A stretch of DNA of 44,846 nucleotides from Candidatus Rokuibacteriota bacterium (GTDB lineage: Bacteria > Methylomirabilota > Methylomirabilia > Rokubacteriales > DASRDR01): contig JBIOTN010000004.1 of NCBI GenBank assembly GCA_044866005.1, positions 1 through 44,846 of the forward strand. Direction: 5' to 3'. This document shows positions 29,050 through 37,937 of the stretch, in pieces (position 1 is the first letter of the stretch; each line of letters starts with the position of its first letter). The translations under genes and the position numbers were made by a program. The notes under the pieces are model-generated. The model saw nothing but the letters and a program-made list of their open reading frames with translations. It was not told the DNA's origin and made no database searches.

Positions 29050-29802
29050 TCAGGCCGCCCCGAGCGTCTCAAGCACCTCGTCCGGGATGTCGAAGTTCGC
29101 GTAGACGTGCTGGACGTCGTCCAGCTCCTCGAGCCCCTCCACCAGCCGGAGCACCTGCTGGGCGTCCTTGCCCTCGAGGCGGATCGTCGACTGGGGCACG
29201 TAGGTGACGTCCGCCGACTGGATCGGTACGCCCTTTTGCTCCAGGGTCCGCCGCACCCCGTCGAGATCCGACGGCGTCGTCGAGACTTCGAAGACCGCGT
29301 CCGTCCGCCGCATGTCGGCGGCCCCGGCTTCGAGGGCGAGGGTCAAGAGCTCGTCCTCGTCGACGCGGCTCGCCTCGACCAGGATCAGCCCCTTCCGCTC
29401 GAACATCCAGCCCACGGAGCCCACCTCGCCGAGGTTACCGCCGAATTTCGCGAAGGTGTGCCGGATCTCGGGCGCCGTCCGGTTCTTGTTGTCGGTCAGG
29501 ACCTTGACCAGGACCGCGACGCCGCCCGGCGCGTACCCCTCGTAGGTGACCTCCTCGTAGGTCTCCCCGGGCAGCTCCCCCGTCCCCTTCTGGACGGCCC
29601 GCTTGAGCGTGTCCGCCGGCATGTTGACGGCCTTGGCCTCCTCGATCGCGGCCTTCAGCCGCATGTTGCCCTTGGGGTCGCCACCCCCGACGCGGGCGGC
29701 CGTCGTGATCTCGCGGATCAGCTTGGAGAAGAGCTTGCCGCGCTGCTGATCGTTCTTCGCCTTCTTGCGTTTGATCTGCGCCCACTTCGAATGACCGGAC
29801 AT
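29050..29802 (-). CDS. yebC: YebC/PmpR family protein
   Basis: MSGHSKWAQIKRKK, YEGYAPGG, TDNKNRT, LEELDDVQHVYAN. Confidence 0.97.
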   Translation of the reverse strand: MSGHSKWAQIKRKKAKNDQQRGKLFSKLIREITTAARVGGGDPKGNMRLKAAIEEAKAVNMPADTLKRAVQKGTGELPGETYEEVTYEGYAPGGVAVLVKVLTDNKNRTAPEIRHTFAKFGGNLGEVGSVGWMFERKGLILVEASRVDEDELLTLALEAGAADMRRTDAVFEVSTTPSDLDGVRRTLEQKGVPIQSADVTYVPQSTIRLEGKDAQQVLRLVEGLEELDDVQHVYANFDIPDEVLETLGAA

Positions 29803-29821
29803 GGCCCGTCACCCCCTTGCC

Positions 29822-30802
29822 TCACCAGGCGGGACCCGCCGCCAGACTCTCACGGAGCCGCCGCACGCGCTCCAGGCGGGCGACCTGGCGTTTCTCCGCC
29901 GCCTCCCAGTGGCGCTGCTCGACCGGGGTCCGCGAGCCGAACGGCGCCAACGGCTCTCCCGCCTCGCGCAGCTTGACGAATGTCAGGTACGCCGTGCAGG
30001 TCTGGCGCACCTCGCCGGTGAACGGCGCCTCGGCCAGCACCGTGAGCGCGATCTCCATCGAGCGCGTGCCGACCCGGGTCAGCGCCCCGCGCAGGGTCAG
30101 CACCTCGCCCACACGGATCGGGGCATGGAACTCGAGGGCGTCCATGGACGCCGTCGCGAGCGGGGCGCGCGCGTAGCGCACCGCCAGCACGCCGGCCGCC
30201 TCGTCGACGATGAACAGCAGCTTCCCGGCGAACATCAGCGTGCCGTGCAGCGCGTCTTCCGGGAAGACGAAGCGGCTCAGCTCGAACCGCCACCGGAACG
30301 CCTCCGGCTCGTCGCGCGTCTCGCGGACATCGTCGGCCCGAAGGGCGAGCCGCGCGCGACGCGCCTCGCGCCGGGCCTGCGCGGCATCCGTCACCGCCTC
30401 TTCGCGCGCGTCCGCAGGGTGGATCGCCCTCCCGACCGCCCGCGGGCGCCCGTCCTCGTCGATGGCGACGAAGGCCAGGTGGGACGACAGGGTCACGTGC
30501 CGCTCGCCCGTTGCCGGCCGCTCCGAATAGACGCGGACGCCGACCTCGAGGGACGTGCGGCCGATCCACTCGACCCGCGCCCGCAGGATGGCGATCTCCC
30601 CGACGCGGACCGGGTGGAGAAAGTCGATGTCGTCCATGGCGCCGAGCGCGACGGGCCCCCGCGCGATCCGCGAGGCCGCCAGCGTGCCGGCCGTGACGAT
30701 CCACTCCATCATCCGACCGCCGTAGATCTGGCCGGGCGCGCCCGCGTACTGGGGAAAGACGTACTGGACCATCTCGGCGATGGTCTCGCCGACCGTGGGC
30801 AC
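29822..30802 (-). CDS. Double hot-dog acyl-CoA thioesterase
   Basis: Two hot-dog repeats (VFPQYAGAPGQIYGG / VFPEDALHGTLMFAG; VGTRSME, IGRTSLE); TAGAAT -10 upstream. Confidence 0.88.
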   Translation of the reverse strand: MPTVGETIAEMVQYVFPQYAGAPGQIYGGRMMEWIVTAGTLAASRIARGPVALGAMDDIDFLHPVRVGEIAILRARVEWIGRTSLEVGVRVYSERPATGERHVTLSSHLAFVAIDEDGRPRAVGRAIHPADAREEAVTDAAQARREARRARLALRADDVRETRDEPEAFRWRFELSRFVFPEDALHGTLMFAGKLLFIVDEAAGVLAVRYARAPLATASMDALEFHAPIRVGEVLTLRGALTRVGTRSMEIALTVLAEAPFTGEVRQTCTAYLTFVKLREAGEPLAPFGSRTPVEQRHWEAAEKRQVARLERVRRLRESLAAGPAW

Positions 30803-30924
30803 GCGCGGACTCCCTTCGCGAGTCGGAGAACGCCATATTCTACTCGCCGCCGCACGGGGAAGTAAAGGTCGCATCGCGCGCGCGGCGCCCGCCGCGGGGG
30901 CCTGCGCGCGGTGCGCGGCGCCGT

Positions 30925-31779
30925 TCAGCGGCTCCCCCGCAGGCGCGGGTCGAGAACGTCCCGCAACCCGTCCCCGAGGAGGTTCACCCCGAGCACGGCG
31001 AGCACGAGGGCCAGCCCCGGAAAGACCGCGACCCACGGCGACGTGGTGAGGAACGCCTGGCCCTCCGCCACCATCGTGCCCCACGAGATGGTCGGCGGCT
31101 GGGCGCCGAGGCCGAGGAACGAGAGCCCGGCCTCGGAGACGATGTTCCCGGCCACCCCGATCGTCGCCGCGACGAGCAGCGGTCCGACGAGGTTCGGCAA
31201 GAGGTACCGGCCGACCAGCGCGAGGTCGCGCACTCCGAGGGCGCGCGCCGCGGCCACGAACTCCCGCTCCTTCAGCGCGAGCACTTCCCCACGGACCACC
31301 CGCGCGATCGTGGTCCACCCGAGCAGGACCAGCACGAGGATCACCTTGTCGATCCCGGGCGTCTGGAAGACCGCCATGATCCCGATCGCCAGCACGAGCG
31401 AGGGAAAGGCCATCACGACGTCGGTGGTCCGCATGAGCACGCTGTCCACCCGGCCCCCGTAGTAGCCGGCCGTCAGGCCGACGAGCAGGCCGACGAGCGC
31501 GGCGAAGATCTCCGCCCCGACCCCGACGAGGAGCGAGACCCGGCCGCCGTAGAGGATGCGCGAGAGGAGATCCCGGCCGAGGAGGTCGGTGCCGAGGGGG
31601 AACGGCGCGCCGGGTGGGCGGAGGCTGGCGGCCTCGAGCCGGGCAGGCACGGAATACGGGTCGAAGGGGACGAGCACGGGGGCCAGGAGCGCGCCGAGCG
31701 CGAAGACGCTCACGAGGAACCCGCCGGCCACCAGGCTCCGCGAGCGCCGCGCGCCGCGAAGCGTCGCGATCAGCGTCAT
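30925..31779 (-). CDS. Peptide/nickel ABC transporter permease (OppC/DppC-like)
   Basis: LGTDLLGRDLLSR, EFVAAARALG, EAGLSFLGLG, NLLGDGLRDVLDP. Confidence 0.95.
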   Translation of the reverse strand: MTLIATLRGARRSRSLVAGGFLVSVFALGALLAPVLVPFDPYSVPARLEAASLRPPGAPFPLGTDLLGRDLLSRILYGGRVSLLVGVGAEIFAALVGLLVGLTAGYYGGRVDSVLMRTTDVVMAFPSLVLAIGIMAVFQTPGIDKVILVLVLLGWTTIARVVRGEVLALKEREFVAAARALGVRDLALVGRYLLPNLVGPLLVAATIGVAGNIVSEAGLSFLGLGAQPPTISWGTMVAEGQAFLTTSPWVAVFPGLALVLAVLGVNLLGDGLRDVLDPRLRGSR

Positions 31780-31788
31780 GCGCGAGGC

Positions 31789-32715
31789 CTACGCCCGGAG
31801 TCGGGGGTCCACGACGCCATACGCGAGGTCCACGAGCAGGTTGCCCACGACGTAGATCACGGCGAAGAGGAGCACGGCGCCCATGACGACCGGCAGGTCA
31901 CGCTGACCGACGGCGGTCACGAGCATCCGTCCGAGGCCCGGCCAGGCGAAGACCGTCTCGGTGAGCGGCGCGCCGATGAGGAGGTCCGCGAGCCCGATGC
32001 CCGTCACCGTGATGACCGGCAGGACGGCGTTGCGCAGCGCGTGCTTGACGATCACCCGGCCCTCCGCGAGGCCTTTGGCGCGCGCCGTCTGGATGTAGTC
32101 CTGACGCACCACCTCGAGGAGGCTCGCGCGGGTCATCCGGGCGATCACGCCCGTGTGGAGCGCCCCCAGCGCGACCGCGGGCAGGATCAGGTGCCTGAGG
32201 CTCCCGTCTCCGTAGCCGGAGACCGGAAACCAGGGGAGCCAGACGGCGAACACGAGGATGAGCATGAGGCCGAGCCAGAAGACCGGGGTGGAGATGCCCA
32301 GGAGCGCACCGGTCATGAGCAGCAGGTCGATCACCCCGCCGTGGCGAACGGCGGCGACCGCCCCCGCCGCCAGGCCGAGCACGACCGCGACGGCGGTCGC
32401 GGCGAGCGCGAGACGGAGCGTCGCCGGGAAGCGCTCGGCGACGATCTCGCCCACGCGGCGTTGCTGATGGTAGGAGCGGCCGAGATCGCCCCGGAGCAGG
32501 CGACCCATCCACATCCGATACTGGACCCAGATCGGCTCGTCGAGCCCGTACTCCTGCCGGATCTGGGCGATGACGACGGGCTCGCCCCGCTGCCCCATCG
32601 CGGCGCGCACGGGATCGCCGAGCGAGACCGCGGTCAGGACGAACACCAGGAGCGTGATCCCGAAGAGCACCGGGATCAGCGCGAGGAGCCGCCTCCCGAT
32701 GAACCCGAGCATCAC
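31789..32715 (-). CDS. Peptide/nickel ABC transporter permease (OppB/DppB-like)
   Basis: GDLGRS, STPVFW, DYIQTARAKGL, HALRNA, ETVFAWPGLG, DLAYGVVDPR. Confidence 0.95.
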   Translation of the reverse strand: MMLGFIGRRLLALIPVLFGITLLVFVLTAVSLGDPVRAAMGQRGEPVVIAQIRQEYGLDEPIWVQYRMWMGRLLRGDLGRSYHQQRRVGEIVAERFPATLRLALAATAVAVVLGLAAGAVAAVRHGGVIDLLLMTGALLGISTPVFWLGLMLILVFAVWLPWFPVSGYGDGSLRHLILPAVALGALHTGVIARMTRASLLEVVRQDYIQTARAKGLAEGRVIVKHALRNAVLPVITVTGIGLADLLIGAPLTETVFAWPGLGRMLVTAVGQRDLPVVMGAVLLFAVIYVVGNLLVDLAYGVVDPRLRA

Positions 32716-32995
32716 GAGAACCGTACCACAGGAGGCGGGGCGAGACCGAGACGGGCGGACAGGGAGCCGTGAGGCGCAAGCGATCCGAGAGCCGCAGCGC
32801 GCGGCGATCCGGGAGCTGCGGCCGCCCCCGGAGGGAGGGGAGCTAGGTCCGGCTTACCGGCCGGGTGAGCGTGACGACGAGGGGCCCTGGCAGGCGGAGG
32901 TGGGCGCGTGAGGCGACACCTTCCGCCTGCGGAGCCCCGTCACCCACATCGGTCACCGTCGTCATCCCGGCCTCCTCCACGACGGTGCCTCCCGG

Positions 32996-33640
32996 CTACT
33001 GCCAGAAGGTCACCAGCAATTTCACCAGCGGCGCGCCGTCTTTGCCGCGCTCGTCGGCCTCGACCAGCTCGAGGTACCCGGTCGTCACGTTGTAGTACGC
33101 CCACAACCCCGGCGCCGCCTCGAACGGCACGAGGAACACGCCATGGAAATAGCCGCTCGTCTTGCTCTTGCCGAGCGTGGCCCACGTGCCGCCGGTCGGC
33201 GCAAACGGGCACGGGCAACTCGTCAACAGCGAGAGGTCGATCGTCCCCTCGAACTTCGCAGCGACCAGCCCGGCCGGGCCGTCCACGTGGAACAGCCCCG
33301 ACACGGTGCCGTCGCTGCCGAACTTCCACGTCGCCGGGTCGAACGGGACCCGCGAGCTCGCCTGGGCCTGGATGTCGCCCGTCAGGAACGCCAGGCTGCC
33401 GGTGCCGGTCAGCTTCCCGGTCTCCGTCGCCTGCGCCTGACGCTCGCCGGCCCCCGGAATGTAGACGCCCGGAATCGGCCCCATCGGGGCGGCATGCGCG
33501 GGCGGGCTCTCGAGCACCTCGTAGAGCACCCCCGTCGCGACGCCGCCGGCGAACGCGCTCGCCGGGCCCAGCACGAGCAGGAGTCCCGCGACCGACGTGG
33601 ACCACTTCCACTTGTCCCACCCACCACGGTGCCCTGTCAT
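32996..33640 (-). CDS. Hypothetical secreted beta-rich protein
   Basis: SD GAGGAG; signal peptide ending ASAFA; Gly/Thr-rich strand pattern; codon usage consistent with coding. Confidence 0.75.
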   Translation of the reverse strand: MTGHRGGWDKWKWSTSVAGLLLVLGPASAFAGGVATGVLYEVLESPPAHAAPMGPIPGVYIPGAGERQAQATETGKLTGTGSLAFLTGDIQAQASSRVPFDPATWKFGSDGTVSGLFHVDGPAGLVAAKFEGTIDLSLLTSCPCPFAPTGGTWATLGKSKTSGYFHGVFLVPFEAAPGLWAYYNVTTGYLELVEADERGKDGAPLVKLLVTFWQ

Positions 33641-33716
33641 GGCTCCGCTCCTCTCTCTCGCCCCAGTTGCTGGGCGAGGCCTGCGCCACCCTGCGGTGGC
33701 GTCGCGCCAGGAGGGG

Positions 33717-33732
33717 TGCAAGTGGAGGGCCA
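33717..33732 (-). promoter_or_regulatory. Putative sigma54 (-24/-12) promoter
   Basis: TGGCCCTCCACTTGCA (TGGC-N7-TTGCA), about 77 nt upstream of ATG 33640. Confidence 0.5.
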
Positions 33733-34039
33733 CAGGGCGCGACGGACGGAAAGGCGCGGAGATGACTGAGGATTCTGGTCGCGCGCTCCTATCTGAGACT
33801 CTCCGCGCCGGCCTCGCTCACCCGCCCGGCCGGCCGTCCGGGAGGCGGTCGCTCCCAACCGGGAGCGGCGCATTGTGGGTCACTCATGTCCTCTTGCCAA
33901 CAGTGGCGGTCGTCCGAGGAGGAGGGCGTGGTGACACGAGGCTGATCAGGTGGCGCGATCTGACCGCTCACGACCGCGCCACGGACGACGAGCGAGAACC
34001 GGCGCCGACCGTTCGAGGAAACCTCGCGCGACGACCGAC

Positions 34040-34125
34040 GCGCTCCGCGCGGCGGCTTGGCCGCCGCAACGATCCGGGGGAGGCATCCGCGGGGGCCGCC
34101 CCGGCCCCTCACGCGACCCCCCGAA
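34040..34125 (-). repeat. Repeat family 2 degenerate copy
   Basis: ..GATGCCTCCCCCGGATCGTTGCGGCGGCCAAGCCGCCGCGCGGAGC matches the 3' part of 41381-41468. Confidence 0.7.
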
Positions 34126-34169
34126 AAAGGACGCCGACCGCCCGAAGCAACTCACGCCCCGACCGGAGC

Positions 34170-34247
34170 TCTCCGAGCGCGGGCTTCGCCCGCGCAACCG
34201 AGGGGGGGGGAATCGGGGGGGTCTTCCGAGGCCCCCCCGAGGGACTA
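34170..34247 (-). repeat. Repeat family 2 copy starting at the TAG of the substrate-binding protein gene
   Basis: TAGTCCCTCGG..CCGAT..GTTGCGCGGGCGAAGCCCGCGCTCGGAG. Confidence 0.75.
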
Positions 34248-35852
34248 ACGATCCAGCCAGACCTTCCGGATCGGCGCCATGTGCATCTCGGGCGCGCTCG
34301 ACATCGCGGAACGCTCGAGGCCCTTCACGTACGGCTTCTGGAGGAGCCGGCTCGTGTACCAGTACACGAAGACCCAGGGCGCCTCCTCGACGATGATCTT
34401 CTCGGCCTCGCGGTACTTCACGAGGCGCGCCGGGCCGGGCGGCATCCGGTCGGCCTCGTCGAAGAGCTTGTCCACATCAGGGTGCGAGAAGCGCGAGCTG
34501 TTGCCAGGCGGCCCGATGTTGCGGGTGTGGAAGAGCACGGTGAGGAAATTCTCGGGATCGGGATAATCGGCGAGCCAGCCGAGCCGGTGCCATTGCGTGC
34601 CGCCATCGTCCACGAGCTTGAGGTACGCGGCCCAGTCGAGGTTGGCCACCTGGATCGGGATCCCCAGGTCGCGGAACTGCGCCTGGACCAGCTCCACGAT
34701 CCGCTTGTGGAGCGGGCTCGTGTTGTAGTGGAGCGTGATCGCGGGGAGCCCCTTGCCGTCCGGATAGCCGGCCTCGGCGAGGAGTTGCCGCGCCTTCTGC
34801 TTGTCATAGGGGTAACCGGCCAGCTCCGGGTTGTGGCCGGGCATCCCGGGCGGCAGCACTCCCCGCGCGGGCACGACGCTCCCTTCCAGGATGACGTTCG
34901 CGATCGCCTCCTTGTCGATGGCGTAGTTGAACGCCTGGCGCAGCTTCTTGTTGTCCCTGAACGGCGCCTGCGTCATCGTGAAGCGGAGCGAGTAGGTCCC
35001 CAGCATCGGATAGACGGCGAGCTCCTTCGACAGCGCGGGGTCCTTCTGCACGGCGCGGAACTGGCCGGTCGGGACGTCGACGTGCTCGAGGTTCCCGGCC
35101 CGGTACTCCTGGAAGCGCGTGTTGTCGTCGTTGATGATCCGGTAGACGATCCGGTCGACGTAGGCGGGCCCCCGGAAGTGGTCCTTGAAGGCGTCCAGGA
35201 TCAACTGATCGTCGTGTCGCCAGGACAGGAACCGGAAGGGCCCCGTGCCCACCGGCTTGGAGGCGAAATCCGGCCCGAGCTTCTCCACCTCTTCCCGCGG
35301 CACCACGAAGCCGGCGTCGTAGGCCATCGTCATCAGGAAGGGGGCGAACGGGCGCTCCAGCGTGATCTCGAGCGTCCGGTCGTCGACCGCGCGGATCCCC
35401 CGGATCTCCTTCGCCTGCCCCTTGATCACGTCCGGCGCGCCGGCGATCTTCTCCACGACCCAGGGCTTCTTGCCGCGCGCCGCGCGCTCGAGCGAGTACT
35501 TGAAGTCGGCGGCCGTCACCTCGCGGCCGTTGTGAAACCTCACGCCTCTCCGCAGCGTGAACGTGTACACGCGCTGGTCGGCCGAGGCCTGCCAGCGCTC
35601 GGCGACCGAGGGGATGACCTGGAGCTTTTCGTCGAGCTCGACCAGGCCGTCGAACATCTGGCGGATGACTGCCGACGACGACGTGTCGGTGGCCTGTCCG
35701 GGGTCGAGCGTCGGCGGGTCCGCCGCCAGGACCGCCCGGTAGGTACCGCCGCGCTTCTGGGCGACCGCCGGCAGGGTGAGCGCCACGGCCACGGCGACGC
35801 CGAGGAGACCCAGGGCGCCGAGACGGAGCAGGCGCGTTCGCGTGTGCGGCAT
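34245..35852 (-). CDS. Peptide ABC transporter substrate-binding protein (SBP family 5)
   Basis: SD GGAGGT; signal peptide; DPPTLDP, YTFTLRRGVRFHNG, PVGTGPF, LRQAFNYAID, WLADYPDP. Confidence 0.95.
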   Translation of the reverse strand: MPHTRTRLLRLGALGLLGVAVAVALTLPAVAQKRGGTYRAVLAADPPTLDPGQATDTSSSAVIRQMFDGLVELDEKLQVIPSVAERWQASADQRVYTFTLRRGVRFHNGREVTAADFKYSLERAARGKKPWVVEKIAGAPDVIKGQAKEIRGIRAVDDRTLEITLERPFAPFLMTMAYDAGFVVPREEVEKLGPDFASKPVGTGPFRFLSWRHDDQLILDAFKDHFRGPAYVDRIVYRIINDDNTRFQEYRAGNLEHVDVPTGQFRAVQKDPALSKELAVYPMLGTYSLRFTMTQAPFRDNKKLRQAFNYAIDKEAIANVILEGSVVPARGVLPPGMPGHNPELAGYPYDKQKARQLLAEAGYPDGKGLPAITLHYNTSPLHKRIVELVQAQFRDLGIPIQVANLDWAAYLKLVDDGGTQWHRLGWLADYPDPENFLTVLFHTRNIGPPGNSSRFSHPDVDKLFDEADRMPPGPARLVKYREAEKIIVEEAPWVFVYWYTSRLLQKPYVKGLERSAMSSAPEMHMAPIRKVWLDR

Positions 35853-35875
35853 GGGGGCACCTCCATCGAGCGCGG

Positions 35876-37528
35876 TCATTGACTGGGCGCCGCCGGCACG
35901 GCGGGTCCGAGCCCGGGTACCGGCAGCGCGGGGGGCGGCGAGAGCGTGGGGACGGGGGGCGGCGCGGCCTCCGGCGGCGGCTCGACCCAGATCCGCTCCA
36001 GCCGGTGCCGTCCGCCCGGGTCGAGCCGGAAGTCGCGCACGCCGGGCCGCGCGAGCGCCCATTGCAGGCGGACGTAGAGGGGCAGGTAGGGGAGCTCCTC
36101 CGCGAGGTGCGCCTGCAGGCGCTGATAGAGCCGGAGCCGTTCCGGCCGGAACCCGATCTGGCTCGCGCGCGAGAGCAGGCTGTCGGCGACCGGGCTCCGG
36201 AAGAAGGCGAGGTTGGTCGTGCTCCCCGTCCCCGCGGCGTCCCAGGCCAGCAACGGCCGGAAGAAGAAGTGGGGGTCGTTGACCTCGAGCGCCGCCTCGA
36301 GGAGCGCCAGATCGCCTTCCCCCTGGCGCAGGGCCGCGAGATACGCCTCGTCGGCCTCCCGTCGGACTTCCACCTTGAGCCCGGCGACGGCCAGGGACAG
36401 CCGCACGGCGTCCTGGAGGGCCGCGCCGTCCGGGCCGTCCGCGGCGTCCCGGGCGAGGAGCGTCAGGCTGGCGCCTCCGGCCTGGGCCTCCGCCAGGAGC
36501 CGGCGCGCGCGCGTGGGGTCGTAGGCGGGGAGCCCCGCATCGCGGGCCGCCCACGCGCCCGGCGGGAGGTACGACTTGAGGAGGCGTGCCGTCCGGCCGA
36601 CCGCGGGGGCCATGAGGGCCGGATCGAGCGCGGCCGCGACCGCCTGCCGGACCGGCTTGCGCGCCAGGAGCCCGTCCTGGGACCGGAGGGCGAGCAGCCC
36701 GACGCGCCACGTCGGTGCCGAGAGGACCTGGAGGCCCAGGCCGCCCCAGGCGGGCGGCGCCTGCGGAAAGTAGACGTGCAGCGCGCCGTAGGGGCCGAGC
36801 GCCGCGAGCCCGAGCGCGTCCTCCCCGATCTCGTCGACGATGAGCCGTGTCGGCCGGGACGGCTCCCCACGCGAGACCGGCGCGGCCTCCAGGACCACGC
36901 GCCGGGGCGTCCGTTGCGCGACGCGGAAGGGGCCGGTGCCGGAGAACGGCACGTCCGGATCGCTCTGCGGCAGGGCGATCGCGAATGCCGGGTGGGCGAG
37001 CAGGGCCAGGAGCGGGGAGAACGCCTGGGCGAGCACCACCTGCACGGTCCCCGGCTGGCCCCGCCGGATCTCGCGAACCAGCGAAGCCGCCCCCCGCCAG
37101 GTCTGCGCCCTGTCCGGGTCGCCCCGCAGCGCGGCCTCGTCCGGTGCGAGGTGCCGGGCGAGTGACGCCACGACGACGTCAGGCGTCAGCGGCACCCCGT
37201 TGTGGAATTGGACGTCCGGACGGAGGCGAAACGTCCAGGTGAGCCCGTCGCGCGACACGCTCCACTGAGTCGCCAACGCCGGCTCGATGTCGCCGCGGTC
37301 GCCGAACTCCACGAGCCCCTCGAAGGCCTCGCGCAGGACCATCAGCTCCGGACCCCGCGTCGCGAGCGCGGGATCCCACGCGGCCGGCAGCCGCGGGAGC
37401 CCGATCCGGACCTCCCGCGCCGGGTCAGCCGCCTGCGCGCTCCCAAACAGGATCAGGGTGGCCAACATGGCACGCGGCAGGAGCCGGAGGGCACGAGGAA
37501 TGGGGACACCGCGGGCGGCCGGTGTCAT
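35876..37528 (-). CDS. Second, divergent SBP family 5 substrate-binding protein
   Basis: FEGLVEF..EPALA..WTFRLRPDVQFHNG, GTGPF, VRQAVAAALD; Pro-rich C-tail; TATAAT 6 nt before ATG. Confidence 0.88.
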   Translation of the reverse strand: MTPAARGVPIPRALRLLPRAMLATLILFGSAQAADPAREVRIGLPRLPAAWDPALATRGPELMVLREAFEGLVEFGDRGDIEPALATQWSVSRDGLTWTFRLRPDVQFHNGVPLTPDVVVASLARHLAPDEAALRGDPDRAQTWRGAASLVREIRRGQPGTVQVVLAQAFSPLLALLAHPAFAIALPQSDPDVPFSGTGPFRVAQRTPRRVVLEAAPVSRGEPSRPTRLIVDEIGEDALGLAALGPYGALHVYFPQAPPAWGGLGLQVLSAPTWRVGLLALRSQDGLLARKPVRQAVAAALDPALMAPAVGRTARLLKSYLPPGAWAARDAGLPAYDPTRARRLLAEAQAGGASLTLLARDAADGPDGAALQDAVRLSLAVAGLKVEVRREADEAYLAALRQGEGDLALLEAALEVNDPHFFFRPLLAWDAAGTGSTTNLAFFRSPVADSLLSRASQIGFRPERLRLYQRLQAHLAEELPYLPLYVRLQWALARPGVRDFRLDPGGRHRLERIWVEPPPEAAPPPVPTLSPPPALPVPGLGPAVPAAPSQ

Positions 37529-37742
37529 GCGCCCATTATAGGGGGACTTCACGCCGTGCGCCGACGGTCGCCGTGAATGCATCTGATCGGGAAAGTCGGT
37601 GGGAGCCGCGCGGTCGCAGCCGGCGTTTCAAGGGAGGAGAGGCGCTCGTGCAGCTTCGGCGGGCGCCGGCACGAATTGCCGGCCGCCGCCACGCGCGCGA
37701 CGCCGATCGGTGGGCCGCCGGCGGATGGCGCCGGATGCTGAC

Positions 37743-37758
37743 TGGCACCCGCGTTGCA
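37743..37758 (+). promoter_or_regulatory. Putative sigma54 (-24/-12) promoter upstream of arc
   Basis: TGGCACCCGCGTTGCA matches consensus TGGCAC-N5-TTGCW. Confidence 0.6.
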
Positions 37759-37818
37759 CCGACACGGGACAGGCGGCGCTGTCCGACGCGACAGGAGGTG
37801 TGACGACGGCCTAAAACC

Positions 37819-37848
37819 TTGACAATTTTTTTCGGCACTGCCTATACT
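37819..37848 (+). promoter_or_regulatory. Sigma70-type promoter upstream of arc
   Basis: TTGACA-18 nt-TATACT in an AT-rich patch. Confidence 0.75.
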
Positions 37849-37937
37849 TGCTGCGCCCGACGGGAACTCTGCGAGTGGCCAAGAGGGCGTGGCGTGCGCG
37901 GGCGGGTCCGGAGCTCGCGAAGGGATGGATGGAGGCC

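Noticed and set aside
37793..37814. AGGAGGTG followed by a possible 4-codon ORF (VTTA) downstream of the sigma54 site
   Set aside because: The GTG directly abuts the SD, so the spacing is unsuitable, and there is no other support.
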